A stretch of DNA of 64,000 nucleotides, from the NCBI GenBank assembly GCA_965153285.1, contig OZ229123.1. One strand, given 5' to 3'. The notes under the pieces are model-generated. The model saw nothing but the letters and a program-made list of their open reading frames with translations, did no database searches and had not been told where the DNA came from. A program made the translations under genes and the position numbers. This document shows positions 11,883 to 25,291 of the stretch, one piece after another. Origin of the DNA: Podarcis tiliguerta. Its lineage: Eukaryota. Each line of letters starts with the position of its first letter. Within the stretch, counting starts at the first letter, position 1.

Positions 11883-12204
11883 CAGGGGTCAGCAACCTTT
11901 TTCAGCCGTGGGCCGGTCCACTGTCCCTCAGACCATGTGTTGGGCCAGACTATATTTTTTGGGGGGAAAAGAACAAATTCCTATGCCCCACAAATAACCC
12001 AGAGATGCATTTTAAATAAAAAGACACATTCTACTCATGTAAAAAACACCAGGCAGGCCCCACAAATAACCCAAAGATGCATTTTAAATAAAAGGACACA
12101 TTCTACTCATGTAAAAACAGGCTGATTCCCTGACCGTCCGCGGGCCGGATTGAGAAGGCGATTGGGTCTCATCTGGCCCATGGGCCTTAGGTTGTCTACC
12201 CCTG
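11883..12204. mobile_element. hAT-Charlie-like MITE with an internal tandem duplication of about 72 bp
   Basis: CAGGGGTCAGCAACCT...AGGTTGTCTACCCCTG; perfect 8-bp TSD CCTTAGAC. Confidence 0.88.
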
Positions 12205-12865
12205 CCTTAGACCACAACCTGTGTTTTGACCTGTCCTTACCAGACACCCAAGGCAGCAAGGCAGGCCGGTAGTTGCAGCACCACAGATAGCTCCACATGA
12301 GAAACGTGCTCTGATAAAGAAAAGGAGACAGAGGCCATACAAATCTGTTCCTCCAGTAGGCCTTTGCAGGCTACAGCTCCTTGGCCTAGAGACTAGGACT
12401 CTTAAAAGGCGGAATCTGTGACTTGCAGACAAGCACTCTCTTCCCCTGCCCCCTGCAGTCTCTTGTACTGCAGGCACGGTAGTAAATAAAGTACAATTCC
12501 TCTTATGAGTCAGGCCCAGGGGATTGCAGTCATGGGACTTCTGCCTCAGCTTCTGCAGCCTTCTGACTACCACGCCTGATGTTCAGTGGGCTCAGAACCA
12601 CCAACTTTGGGCTTTGTCTGTTCTGAAACACCAGCACCAGGACCTTGGTCTGATTCCCCAGTTAGCAGTACAGCAGCTGCAGAGTTGACTGGCTCCTCCT
12701 CTGGCTCTTAAGCTTAAGGTCAAAATACTTTGGGATCATAATCTGGAATCTGAAAGCGAAAAGTCACAATCATATACAGTGGTACCTGTAAGCTCTTCCC
12801 AGTGAGCAGCAGCAACCCATCTGCCAAGAAGCTAACATAGTGGCTCCACCTCAGCCAGCCACTTT

Positions 12866-13035
12866 GGGTTGTAGCTCATCAGCAGAGCATCTGCCTTGCA
12901 TGCGGAAGGTCCCAGGTTCGATCCCCAGCATCTCTGCTAAGGGCTGGGAGAGACTTCCTGTCTGTAATACTTGAGAGCTGCTGCCCATCAACGGAGACAA
13001 TAGTGTTAGAAACGGACCAGTGGCCTGACGTAGTA
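12866..13035 (+). mobile_element. tRNA-derived SINE with CR1-like 3' part, ending at a MITE insertion
   Basis: A-box-like TAGCTCA and B-box GGTTCGATCCC followed by a non-tRNA body. Confidence 0.65.
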
Positions 13036-13277
13036 CAGTGGTACCTCGGGTTAAGTACTTAATTCGTTCCAGAGCTCCGTACTTAACCTGAAACTGTTCT
13101 TAACCTGAAGCACCACTTTAGCTAATGGGGCCTCCCGCTGCTGCTGTGCTGCTGCTGCACGATTTCTGTTCTCATCCTGAAGCAAAGTTCTTAGCCCAAG
13201 GTAATATTTCTGGGTTAGTGGAGTTTGTAACCTGAAGCATCTGTAACCTGAAGCGTATGTAACCCGAGGCACCACTG
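13036..13277. mobile_element. Tc1/mariner-pogo MITE, family A
   Basis: TA TSD on both sides; TIRs as for the 1019 copy. Confidence 0.9.
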
Positions 13278-16139
13278 TATTCCTTTTGTGCTCATTTCTG
13301 AATGACACGTAGAGTGATATCTCTACTGGAACTTGCAGAACAAAATGGCATCGTGTCACTTCATTGTAAAGTCTGCTTCTCTTTGCTTTGAAAACTAAAA
13401 GGCATCATCATTTCAGTGAAATGGCTTGTCTTGCAACCTGCCTCCTGAGGTTGGGCAGGGCCACACTTCTGTGGCTTAAATTGCCGACTGGAGCCAGGAA
13501 GCTATTCCGAGAATAGCTGTCCTGGCTGGCATCACCAACTGCTGTTGTTGCAGTGGGTGTGTGAGAGAAGCCCATAGCACAGGCCTGATAAATGCTGCAG
13601 CAAACTAAAAACAAACATGCAAGGGAGCCAAAACAGTCCCATCAGCAGCTGAAGGAAACAAGCAAGTTGGAAAACAGCAGTTCAGCACCTTGAATTTCTC
13701 TCTGCTTATCGCTCCATATGAATGATGGCGAGGGCATGTAACTCACTGGTTGGGATCCACTAGTGACCATGGCCTGATCTAAAGTGGGTCACAACAGGAT
13801 TACTACCACCATGCAAATAGAAGATTAAGAAATGGGTCCCCAAATGCATGTTGGGATTAAGTGTGGGTCCTAGGTCTGAAAAAAAAGTTTGCATGACCTA
13901 CTTCTTCTTTCTGCTCTATATATTTTTCAGAGCTGAGATCAATTCTGCTGGAACTTTTACCCAGATCCCTTGGAAAAGGGAAGTATGAATGCGTGCTTTC
14001 TATCTCTTTTTTTGCAGGGGGGCATGATCAAAGGGAGAGAGGTGAGTAGAGGGGGTTGCATCCATGGCACTCACACAAAAATCCTGTGTACCCACCCCCA
14101 AATGGGCAACTCTTGCCTTAGTAGACGAGCCCAGAAGTTCCTATGCTGAAGGTCATTGCCTTGGCCTTTCAGACCAAAGGAAAGGTGGATTCACATCCCA
14201 ATCATACCAGATGGAACTCTCAGTATATGATGTCCTAGCAAATACAGTGCAGCTCCTGAAGAGTTGAGCTATCCAGTGTTGCAGAGTGTGAACCAGGCCA
14301 GGGGTGTTTGTTGGCCAGCCTTGAACCGTTTTAACTTCACCTGTCACCAGCTTCTTATTCATGGCAAAATTCCTAGCCTACCTCCCCTTCCTTGTTTTCT
14401 CCAATATAAGCTGCGGAGCTTTCTGGGCAGCATGTAAGCAGGTTCTTGTGCCATACCTAAGCACACACTGTCTTCACTGTGGAGAGGTCAAGAGAAGTAG
14501 CAGCAGAAACATTTATGTAAGATGTAGGGATATATTGCAGGATCATGCAGTTTCTGAAAAAAGGTAGGGGGTATGTTATTACCACCAAGCAACAGACATA
14601 GTTGCAACCCCCCCCCCCCTTGTATTTTTAAAGCTTTGGAAGATTATTTTGGTGCTATTTGTTTCAATTGACCAGAGGTGAAAATATAAGTTTGGAACAC
14701 CCCCCACATACCCAAAGGTCAGACAGTTAACCTAAGAGCTGTATTCCAAATGTCCTACAGGTTTAGCCTGCCAAAGGACAAATCCAGCTCTGCACATTTC
14801 TACCTTCCATAAGCTGCTTACATCTTCTTTTAACAGATTCAGATTTCCAGGAAGATATTAACCTATGTTTAATTAAACATCTGAGCAGCCCTGACTGCAG
14901 ACCCTTACCCCTGTCCACCCCTTCACCACCAAGATTTAAGGCATGGATGGGAATTTGTGGTCTTCCCAGATGCTGTTAAGACTTCCAGATTCAATCAGCC
15001 TCAGCCAAGAGAGTCAGTGGTCAGGGATGATGGGAGCCCTGGAGTCCCAACAACTGGAGGGCCAAGGGCTTAACTAGTTGTCATTACCTAGGTTCAAAGG
15101 GGGATTGCTATGCCTTTAAGAGCCATGAAACAGGGAGAAGCCCTACAGGAGGCTTTTTATTTATTTATTTATTTGCCTGCTAAAAGTATTATACCTGCTG
15201 AGCTTCTTTTCCATCCTCTTATGAAACATCAGTGTCTTTGCACAGGGACTGATAAAAACCCCTGCACTAATCTATTGCATTTTTAGGTCTGGGATTTTGA
15301 TCTGCGTTGATCCAGAGGATAAATTCAAGATTTCTGGTTTATTGGAACCTAACAGAAAGGTCTTTACATGGGTTTGAGCTTAGCAAAATGGCCATTTCCT
15401 TTTGCATTCATTTGCCACATTCTTACGATTCACTCCCCCAAGGACCTTAACTGTGCAACTTGTTCCACCCTATAGAATACATGATTATCATCAATGGGAA
15501 ACAGTATCATTGCTGATGGCAGCAGCATCCAAAGCCTCACACTTGATTAGGCCACAGCTGTGAGCAATGAAGAATCCAGTACCGTGCATGTGAGAACTGA
15601 GGCTAAAGCAAGAGACCATACACTTACCTGGAACAGGGCCACAAGTGGCTAGAAGGGTATTACAAGTGGTGTGTGGGAAGACAACCTTCCTGCAACTTTG
15701 TGCCCCTACAGAGTACAACTCCCATGAGCTCCAACCAGCATGGAATGCGTTTCTAATGGAACAGTCTAATAGAACAGCATGTTACTTGCGCTCAATACCC
15801 ATAGGTTCCACCATATGAACACAATTGGTTCCTGAGAAATGGTCTGTAAGGCAAGCGCTCACGTTGTGAGCCAACGGTTTCCATGATTGTCTATGGAGAA
15901 AATCCTAATGCGTTCCCGTCCCTGACTTTCAGTAGTTGTGTTTGGTCGGTGAGTGGAATAACTGCTCACTGATTTGTATATTGTTTGGATATCTGAATTG
16001 GAGGTCTATGTAGTGACATTAGGTAGAAATCTTTCACGTGAGGATAACCGAAGAGCTGTATGCCAAGTGTTCACATAGTGGGATTTGCTTGTACGTCTCT
16101 TGATGAAAAGGTGTGGTAGTTTCCTCACTTTCTTTAGGT

Positions 16140-16453
16140 CAGGGGTGAAAACTGGATGTGGGAAGGGGGCAGATCCAGCCAACCCTCCACAGGCCACTTT
16201 TGACAGCGACTGGGGCCATCCCCCTGTCAAATCACCTGCTGCCCTATAGTGCAAAATCCCGACACTGCTGAATTGAAACCAATCTGCAAATCTAACGTTC
16301 CTTTGCAGCTGCAGCTTGAATTTGGCACTGTTTGAAGACAAGGCTTTACCTGTCCCCACACCTACCCACACATCAGGTGACTAACAGGTGGGTGCGGCTT
16401 GAGCCAAATGGGCCAGGTGGGGAGGTTGCCAGGCCACAAGCTTCCCATCCCTG
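16140..16453. mobile_element. Old hAT-like element
   Basis: CAGGGGTG...CATCCCTG termini; degenerate 8-bp TSD CTTTAGGT/CTTTATGC. Confidence 0.5.
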
Positions 16454-18807
16454 CTTTATGCTGAATTGGAATCTGACCAATACAAGTGGGTTGAATTGCT
16501 TTCAGGGCTGCCGGAAGACTGGCTCATTATTAGCTTTGTTACCCACCATTTGGCTTCTTTGAACACACACACACACTGGCCTACCAAACAGTTTAAAAAG
16601 CACAGAGAAAAACAACAGACAAGATGCCTCAGTTTTATTTTGGGGTGGATGTGTACAGAAATAATTGCAATTAAAGGCAAGCTTCACATTTGAGGGTTGT
16701 TTCATCTTTAAAACCAGCAAAGCAGGCAGATTTCTGCCCATGTAGTCAGACACAGGCTACAAGTTACAGCTGTGCATTTAGAAATGAGAGGAGAGGACCT
16801 CCATCCGATTACGTATCCCAACAGGCAGGAATGGATGAAGTCCTGCCTTAGAACCCACCTACCCAAGGAAAGCAAGCCCTGGGCAAAGCCCAAGGAGCAG
16901 CTTTGGGTTTTGGGGGAGGCTTGCAATTTGAGAATTGTTGTTCTCCTCCCATTAAACCAGCCTTTCCCAACCTGATGCCCTCCAGATGTTTTGGACTACA
17001 GCTCCCACCCAAACATCTGGAGACTGCAATGAGCTCTACCAGATTGGTAGAGTTCCAAATGTTGGGTTTTTTAAAAAAGCAGCAATGAAGGGAACTCCTT
17101 CCCTTGTACAAGGAGTGATTCATTACTCCTTTTATCTGCCCAGATCTGGCATCAATGGGCAAACGACAGCTCCCACCATAGCCAGCACCATCATCTCTTA
17201 TTTTTAACTCATAAAAAAACGACGGCCCAGTACTGAGGCAGATGCAGCAGACTTCCATCATTTTCCACATCCCCAACGCCTCTGTAGCCCAACCCCTACA
17301 AGTGAGGGTTGGGGCCCAGAGGCATTTGATAGAAGTGGTGACAAAGGCTGTAGCTGCCTTGTCCAGTCCTGGGCTGAAGGAGTACTGGGTGGCTAGAGCT
17401 TTGCTGCTTTCAGCATCCTAACCTGTACCTTTTGCTCACACCTGGGGAGGCCGACCAGGAAAAGACTGGGTCCCACTGGAGGGCACTTTGCCCAGCCCTT
17501 GCCTTTGATTTGAGCAGAGCCCTCCCCTCAACGTGGAGGGTCAGGGAGAGTTAGGGATTCATGCCACTATAGCATTCACTGCCTATTGGGATACTAACTT
17601 ATGGGCTCTTCAGAATTCTCGGTGGACAGCTTCCTGAGGAGGTGAACGAGACAAAAGTATTCTAGATGGTGGTCACTTCAGACTGCAGTTTGAAACTTAG
17701 CGTTTTTGAATGCTCCCCAGTAAAAGAAACTCTCACGTGTGCATCGGGTGGGGGAAAGATCCAAGTCCTTCTCTGATGTGCTAACTTGTCAGCTGCAGAG
17801 AACTTCTCTTGGTTGAACTTCCTGGAGATTGCTCTGTTTAAGGAAAGCACCCATGAAGAGCCAGCAAGAGGGAAGAGATACTCTTTTTTTGCACACTGCA
17901 AAACACCCTCTGCTTCCCAAACTACACAAAGGTATCTGCTCCTGCTCTGACCAATATTGCATTTGCCACCCAAATGCACGTGAAATAGTTTGCCACCTCC
18001 TTTCTTATGCTGCTTTAAAGATTGCTTTGGTATTTCAGAAAGTTAGGTACTTTGAAACAAACAAAGCAAAACAAAGTCTCATTGGGTCAATGCCTGTAGC
18101 CGATTTGTGTCTGGAAAAGAATGCCAATACCAATGTGTTAATGAAAATAAATATTTGTAAACCACTGACCCAGGACTGTGTTTTGCTGATGCTTCTTTCT
18201 TTATTTGTTAAAAAAGAAGTTACACCCACATGCTGGGCTTCCTGCTGGCTTGTGCTGGTAAGAGCAATCAAAGGTTCCAAGAAACAATCCTCAGAGCAGT
18301 AATGCTATTTGTGAGGCACTTCTTGAGCACAAGCAAGTTAAAATGCTATCATAGCCCTTTAAAAGTTATGTTAGGAAAAAGTGAGTTTGTTTCACTCTCC
18401 CTGCTGTGGCCTCCCCAGATGTCAGAATGTTTGACTGAAGCTACTCTGGAAAAATCAACCAGGGTATTGAAACTACAGTTATGAAGACGACACCATTTTA
18501 TACCTTAAAACAAGCACCATTCACATTTCCCCCCTCAAGTGCACAGTAAGTAGGGTTAAGTATGCAACCCCTTGACTCATCCAAACCTACTGCTGCCTTT
18601 AACCCTTCTTGGCTCTGCAACAACTCAGGATTACAAGTTGACAAGTCCGATATTTGATTTTCCGCGGATTCCAGTGGTGGTCCATTGAAGGCTTCCAATC
18701 TCACATGCAAGTGTCAGTTCCAAATTCTCCTTACCCACTTGCAAGCAGACTCCAGCAACTGGTATGCAGACAAGAGTTATTTTCCATGAACAGATTTGTA
18801 ATTCTCA

Positions 18808-18813
18808 TTTATT
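18808..18813 (-). promoter_or_regulatory. Candidate LRRC28 poly(A) signal AATAAA (3' UTR of about 0.6 kb)
   Basis: TTTATT on + strand about 600 nt past the stop; an alternative lies at 18200-18205; no transcript evidence. Confidence 0.45.
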
Positions 18814-19418
18814 GTCAAATAGGCAGTTAAGAGAAAAGGAGAACACATTTGATCCTGAATGGAAAAATAGAGAGGGGTGGTGGTGGAGAGAAACAACATG
18901 GCCAGAACAAATAAACTGCTACCTTAAATGGCTACTCTTAAGAGGGCAGTAGCACACAGCCAAGTAAGGAGGAAGTTAAAGAAAAGTTTAAAAATATTGC
19001 AAATGGTTGGTTAAAAAAACAGTTTATATCATCCGAGTGGCTGAAAGCCGCTTTGAATGCAACTAGAATCATACGTGCAAAAACACGAGTGTGTCCTGGA
19101 GGTCGCTGGCCTGCTTGATGTTTGTTGCGTTTTACATGCTGCCTGCGGAGGAACAGGAAGGTGTTAACCTTTATGGAAGCTAGAGCATCAAAGGGCTTCC
19201 AAGAGAGTTCTGCCTTTCATCCAAATTTGATAGGGGTGCAGGATTGAAGTGGCTCTCCGTGTTCCCTGCTGGGCACTCCTCCGGCTGCTTTGGCACACAC
19301 GCACGCAGACGCGTGCAAACAGACACACACACACACACAAGCTGTATCCCAGCACCGTCAGGAGACAGCCTAATGCAGCTTTAAACTGGCGCTGCTCCTG
19401 AACAGCTTTAAGTATTTA

Positions 19419-19751
<333 letters not shown>

Positions 19752-19944
19752 TCAGCTAAAAACCTTTGCAGGTTTTGTAGCTCTGAAGGGCACGTGGGAC
19801 ACGGAGAATGCCTTGATTTCTTAAAAGGGTGGGACAACGTATTTTTTTAAAAATTCATGCCCCCTCTTTTAAACTCATGCTCCCCCTTTAAAACATCGCA
19901 TTGCTTTTTTTAAAAAAGCCCCCCCCCCCAAAAAAAAACCCCAG

Positions 19945-20053
19945 AGTCTGGATGGCCATTTGTCATGGGACACTTTAGCTGAGTTCCCTGCATTAGAGGG
20001 CACTGGACCAGATGCCCCTTGGGGTCCCTTCAAACTCTACAATTCTGATTCTG
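19945..20053 (+). mobile_element. CR1 LINE 3' end
   Basis: TGGACCAGATG...GGTCCCTTCAAACTCTACAATTCTGATTCT; related ends at about 25265-26365, 33422-33480 (-), 56570-56815 and 60800-60895. Confidence 0.65.
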
Positions 20054-20519
20054 GTAACAAAAACAAAGGGGAAGCTAGCGTGCTTCAGGCCCCTGTGCCC
20101 TGTGGTTATAATACACAGTCCTAGGACTCCTGAAGAAGGTAACGCTTGCCACCCTTTAGACACAGGCACAGATCTTTGCACAACTGGTGTGAACAGTTGC
20201 TCTTCCCAGCTGTGGTGCCACCTATGCCTCCTTTAGAATCAGGCAACTTCCCCCTTCTTCTGAATGATGCGTAGGCATCAGCAAGTGCACCACTGTGTGC
20301 CTGCACACTCTTGTACTAAGACACCTTTGTAATTCTTTATCCTAAGCTCTTTTAAAGCAGAAGCAAGGATGGGCATTTCATTGCCCTAAAACCCAGGGCT
20401 GCCACACGTCTGAGATTTCCCAGACATTACCAGGATTTCAAAAGCAGAAATGACTTCGGGCGCGGGGGGACGCGACAGGGAATATGGCCACCCTATATTT
20501 GAAATATGGCAACTCTATA

Positions 20520-20737
20520 CAGTTGGGTTACAGACGCTTCAGGTTACAGACTCTGCTAACCCAGAAATAGTACCTCGGGTTAAGAATTTGCTTCAGGATG
20601 AGAACAGAAATCGTGCAGCGGTGGCGCGGCGGCAGCAGGAAGCCCCATTAGCTAAAGTGGTACCTCAGGTTACGAACAGTTTCAGGTTAATAACGGACCT
20701 CCAAAACGAATTATGTTCTTAACCCGAGGTAACACTG
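20520..20737. mobile_element. Tc1/mariner-pogo MITE, family A, left TIR partly deleted
   Basis: Body matches the family; TA on both sides. Confidence 0.85.
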
Positions 20738-23700
20738 TATTTGACAATCCTTTCTCAATGCACTACCCCACACTTTTTCTAGCCAGTGACAACTTGTTTA
20801 ATTTTTACACATTTAAAACACACCTACCCACCAATTGTGGCCACCTGCTCCAGGTCAATTTCTTCGACCCAAAGCTGAACGCCAGAGCTACCAAGTCCAC
20901 AGGGGTCAACACGAACTTTGCTGTATTTGCATCAATGGGTTCTCTAGCATGCAGCAAAGTAAGGAAGCATCCCTGAAAAATGGCAGGGACTTGGGTGCAA
21001 ATACTGTGTTTGTTGTTGTTGAATATATGTTTGGCATTCCTTCATTTCAGTGCTGAAGCCTTGCCAAGTATTTCAGACACACATTGATCTGATTAATGGG
21101 AATTTAGTACCCTTCGGCTGTGGTGGCAGAGGGGAAGGGAGTGTTGCCATAGGGCATACGCCAGCGCTGTACACAAAGCACATAATCTACCTTAGCCACC
21201 TGACCAGAAGTTGAATAAGCTGCCAGATGTGGTGTGGGGGAAGCCACACCCTTTATGAAGGAGACCTTAAATATACATGAGCAAGGTGGAAAGTTGGTTG
21301 TTGCAATCAGATAAACTTTCTGAGGGGGGGGGGGGGGCTCCTCCAAAGCACTGTGTTCAAAGCCATCTGGCTGCTGTCCAAATTTAAGAGGCTCATTTTG
21401 TTCTCACTTCATAAAGCTCTGTTACTTACTGAAGGGGGAGGAAAAACCCATTATGGCTACAGACGCAGTAGCTGTAAACAAGAAAACAAGAAAACTACAC
21501 CATCAACTTGGTATCAGCAGACTTTTCTTCTAGGAAGGCTTTAGGCAGCTACAGTTGGGCGGGTATGGAATTGATATTTCCTTACAGCAGATTGCTGTTT
21601 TCAGTCTCCTGGAGGGCCCAATTCAAATCAGGAACTAGTCAATATAATAATGTTCAGTAAGACCCGCAAGGCAAACCCCCCTTGCAATCTCACCGAGTGT
21701 CATTCGCTGCTGTGGCAACCTGTCTGTGGAACCTTCTCCCCCTATGTAAAGTTGAACCCCTCATTGAACTTTAAGTGGGGTGTGAAGATGAACCCTTTTG
21801 ATTAGGCCTACAGCATAAAATTATGCCTTTTGCTCTTTTTAAAATGTGATTTTAATGTAGCTACTGTTTTGTTATATTTTGATATGACTGATTTTGCTTT
21901 TGAGCCGACCTGAAAGGATCTTAGTCCTGAAAAGTGGAACAAAATAAGTAAATCTAACAGCACTTTACTGTCAGTTTGAAGGACCAGCTCCATCTGGATC
22001 AAAATCATCTGTCAGAGCTGATCTTTTGAGTGGTGGATAGTACTGGAATCCTTTTCGCTGCCAGAGATAGGGCTCTTTTCTGTCTTTGGGTTCCATGAAA
22101 ACTTCATCTAGGGCAAGAATGGGGAACCTTTGGCTGTCCTGATGTTGTTGAACTTCAACTCTAACCATCTCTGGCCTTTGGCCAGTCTTGCTGAGGCTGA
22201 TGGAAGTTGTAGTTCTGCAACATCTGGAGGACTAAAAGTTCCTGGGGAGGCCTCCCATGTCTCTCAATCAGACAGAGAAGAACTGTTGGCTCTTCTGTTG
22301 GAACTTTTCCCCAGTTGTACTTCTTTTCATTGCCCTTTGTCCTGTGTCTTTATGGGCCTGTTGACATAGCTTTTGACCTGGGTGTCTTGGTACTGGGAGG
22401 AAGAAGAGGGAGGATGATGGCAAAGAAGTGTGGGAGGCAGAGGAGTCGTCCCTGCAGCAGGATCTGTCACCTTTCCCTGCTTGTTTTGGGCCTTCCTTGC
22501 GGCTGTGTTTGCTTCTCTTCCTCTTCTGTTTCTTTGGGGAAAGACCACCTTCTGTTATAGGGAATACCATCTCTTTCCCCCTACCTGGGCTTCTTCAGTT
22601 CCCTGGGCATCTGTCCCTGCTTCCGATCCATTGTTATGGAAAGAGAAAGTGGGAATTGGGAGGAATTAATTTACTTATCTTTGGGCATCTCTTAGGAGTT
22701 TGGCACTAATCTCATGCCTGGCATGGAGGACGTTGGCTGGCCTTCCTCCTCGATGTTATTGGATGCAACCTGTTCCATGCTATGGGCCATGGTATGAAAA
22801 ATCCTGTCTTCCTCCTACTCTGCCTGAATAGGTCAGAGAGTTGGGACAATTTGTGACATTTAGGTGCACAGCCTGTGTCTCAAGCCCTCCAGCATGCTGG
22901 CTGCTATCCACACCAGAAGCTAGCCATCATTGTGCTCCTTCATTGCCAACGGTGCCAGGAAGCAGCCAACTGGGATCCACCTTGTTCCCAGTCACTATGG
23001 AGAAGGCTGGGAGCAGAAGGGAGAGGGATGACTGGGACTACACAGCCCTGTGGTTGCTGGTTTCCCCCCTCATCTCTAACTCAAAGTGGCAGGTTGCAAG
23101 GAAGGGGGGAAAGTCAGACAAGGATAAAGAAATCCCCAAACCTAGATGTTTGGCTTTAGGGGCACCAACTGGCCCAAAGCGCTCTAGACAAGAGACAGTT
23201 TAGGAACCAGGATGCATCCTCTTCCTGGAGAGGACAGTCAAGATTTGGACCTTGGCAGCTGCCCAGGAAGAGGCACCACCTTGAAGTTGCCGATCGCCAC
23301 AACTAATGTCAAGTAATAGCTACTCAGCAAGGAGACTTCCAGCAGCATATTAAGGGCCCAGGCTAGTAAAGCAGTTTTCCTGCCACAAGTCCGACTGGAG
23401 GGAAAGGGAGTTCTGTAAGAGCCATTCTTTGTTCTCACATTGCTCTCATTAAATTAAATGAAGTTTACTGAGAGGAAAGCCTCCTGGCTTCATTGTGCAC
23501 ATCCACATAGCAATGGCCAGATCTTCCATTGCTAGTCCTTCATCATAAGTTGAGCAGGACACCAAAAAGAAGAAGAGGTTTGCCCTTTTCTCTTAGCCAA
23601 ACTAGATTCTACAAGATTACAAGGCAAGTTGTAGAAGGCCTGGCTTCTTGATTTTCTTCTCTTTTTGAGTTTTACACAAAGAGGCTCATGAATACTATAA

Positions 23701-24735
23701 GTGGACATGCTTTCTTTTCATGCGTGGATGAAAAGTCTCTTGCAGAAAGGGCAACTGGTTCATCTTATTTCCTGCCAGAAATAAGGCTGCAATGCTTTGC
23801 TAATTACCATTGGGCTCTGCTGAGCATCACAATGTCACGAGTTACAAATTGGGTGTATTGGCCCTTCATCATTCAGTTCTGATTTGAAGTGATGAAAGAA
23901 ACATATAGTTGATAATTTATCTGTTAGTCGAATGTCACCAATATATACAGGCTACTTCTTTAGTCATGGGGAATCAAAGTATGATTATCATGGGGGAAAG
24001 CTGCAAAGCAGAACTTTTTTTTCCTGAGTTCTGAAAATACCAGCATTTTCTTAAAAAGAGAGACAAGCTTCTAGCTCTCACGGATTCAAAGGTGGAAAAT
24101 GAAGGTAGACTGGCAAGAATATTTGCAAACTTTCTCTCCCCCCCTTTAAATATCAATATCCTACCTATACTCCCTATTGCTCTCAAAGGGACATTAATTA
24201 ATTCCAAATTACTCTGCTTCCTAGTCAATGACCAAGCAAGCTCACAACACTGGGAAAAAATGAACCTTCCAAGAAACTTGCCAATTAAGCAATTTACCAC
24301 TGTGAAAACGTTTTGAGGAAATATTACTTAATCAGTTGTACAGTTATATGGCAAGGTTTCTGAGTGACGCTATGAAAGTACGTCACCATAGGTTCTAAAA
24401 GCCATCTTCACACCTCATGATATCTGGACAGTTTTATCTTACTATGTTTTACCCTATTATGTTCCGTTGACTGTGTTGTGTTCTGATCCATGTATGCAAC
24501 ACACTTTTTTATGACAATAAAGGAGATTGATTGATTGATTGATACAGTTGTACAGTTGCTGCTTGCTATCAAGGTAGGCACTGGAGCCTTAAGAATAAAG
24601 TGAATATGGTATATGAAGTCAACAGACTGAAAACGCCTAAGAGTAGCACAACCATGGCCCTGTGTAGATGCCTTTCCCTGTAACTGAAGCCCTTGCATAA
24701 GGTCTAAACCCCCAATGTAATTTTCCCTGTAATTA

Positions 24736-24930
<195 letters not shown>

Positions 24931-25291
24931 TCAACAGAACAAATTCATAGCTATTTTAACATTACAACCAAGGTGGACACACTTGAACAAAGAAATGGAA
25001 AAACAACAACAGTAACCTGGGGGGGCACAATAACAGGGAATAGCTCTGCTCACACAAAAAATAGATTGCTGCTTGCACAAGCTCTCTTGTTTTCCTCTTC
25101 TCTGAAATCCTCTCCAGTTTTCAGATACAGTATCATGAAATGTCTCCTACTTTCTATCTTGCTTACGTTTGGTATGAGAGTTGGAATGGCGGTTATATTA
25201 TGCAGCAAGATCATCCCTGAGGCTGTTGAATGGCCGTCTGTCATGGACGCTAAAGTTGAGATTACTGCATTTGCAGGGGGTTGGACTAGAT

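Noticed and set aside
12866-12935. tRNA-like sequence
   Set aside because: Degenerate D-arm and acceptor stem and it continues into a SINE body; a SINE head rather than a tRNA gene
1-18800. Coding exons of MEF2A or another gene downstream of LRRC28
   Set aside because: No MADS/MEF2 or other recognisable peptide found by eye or in the ORF track; small exons could have been missed
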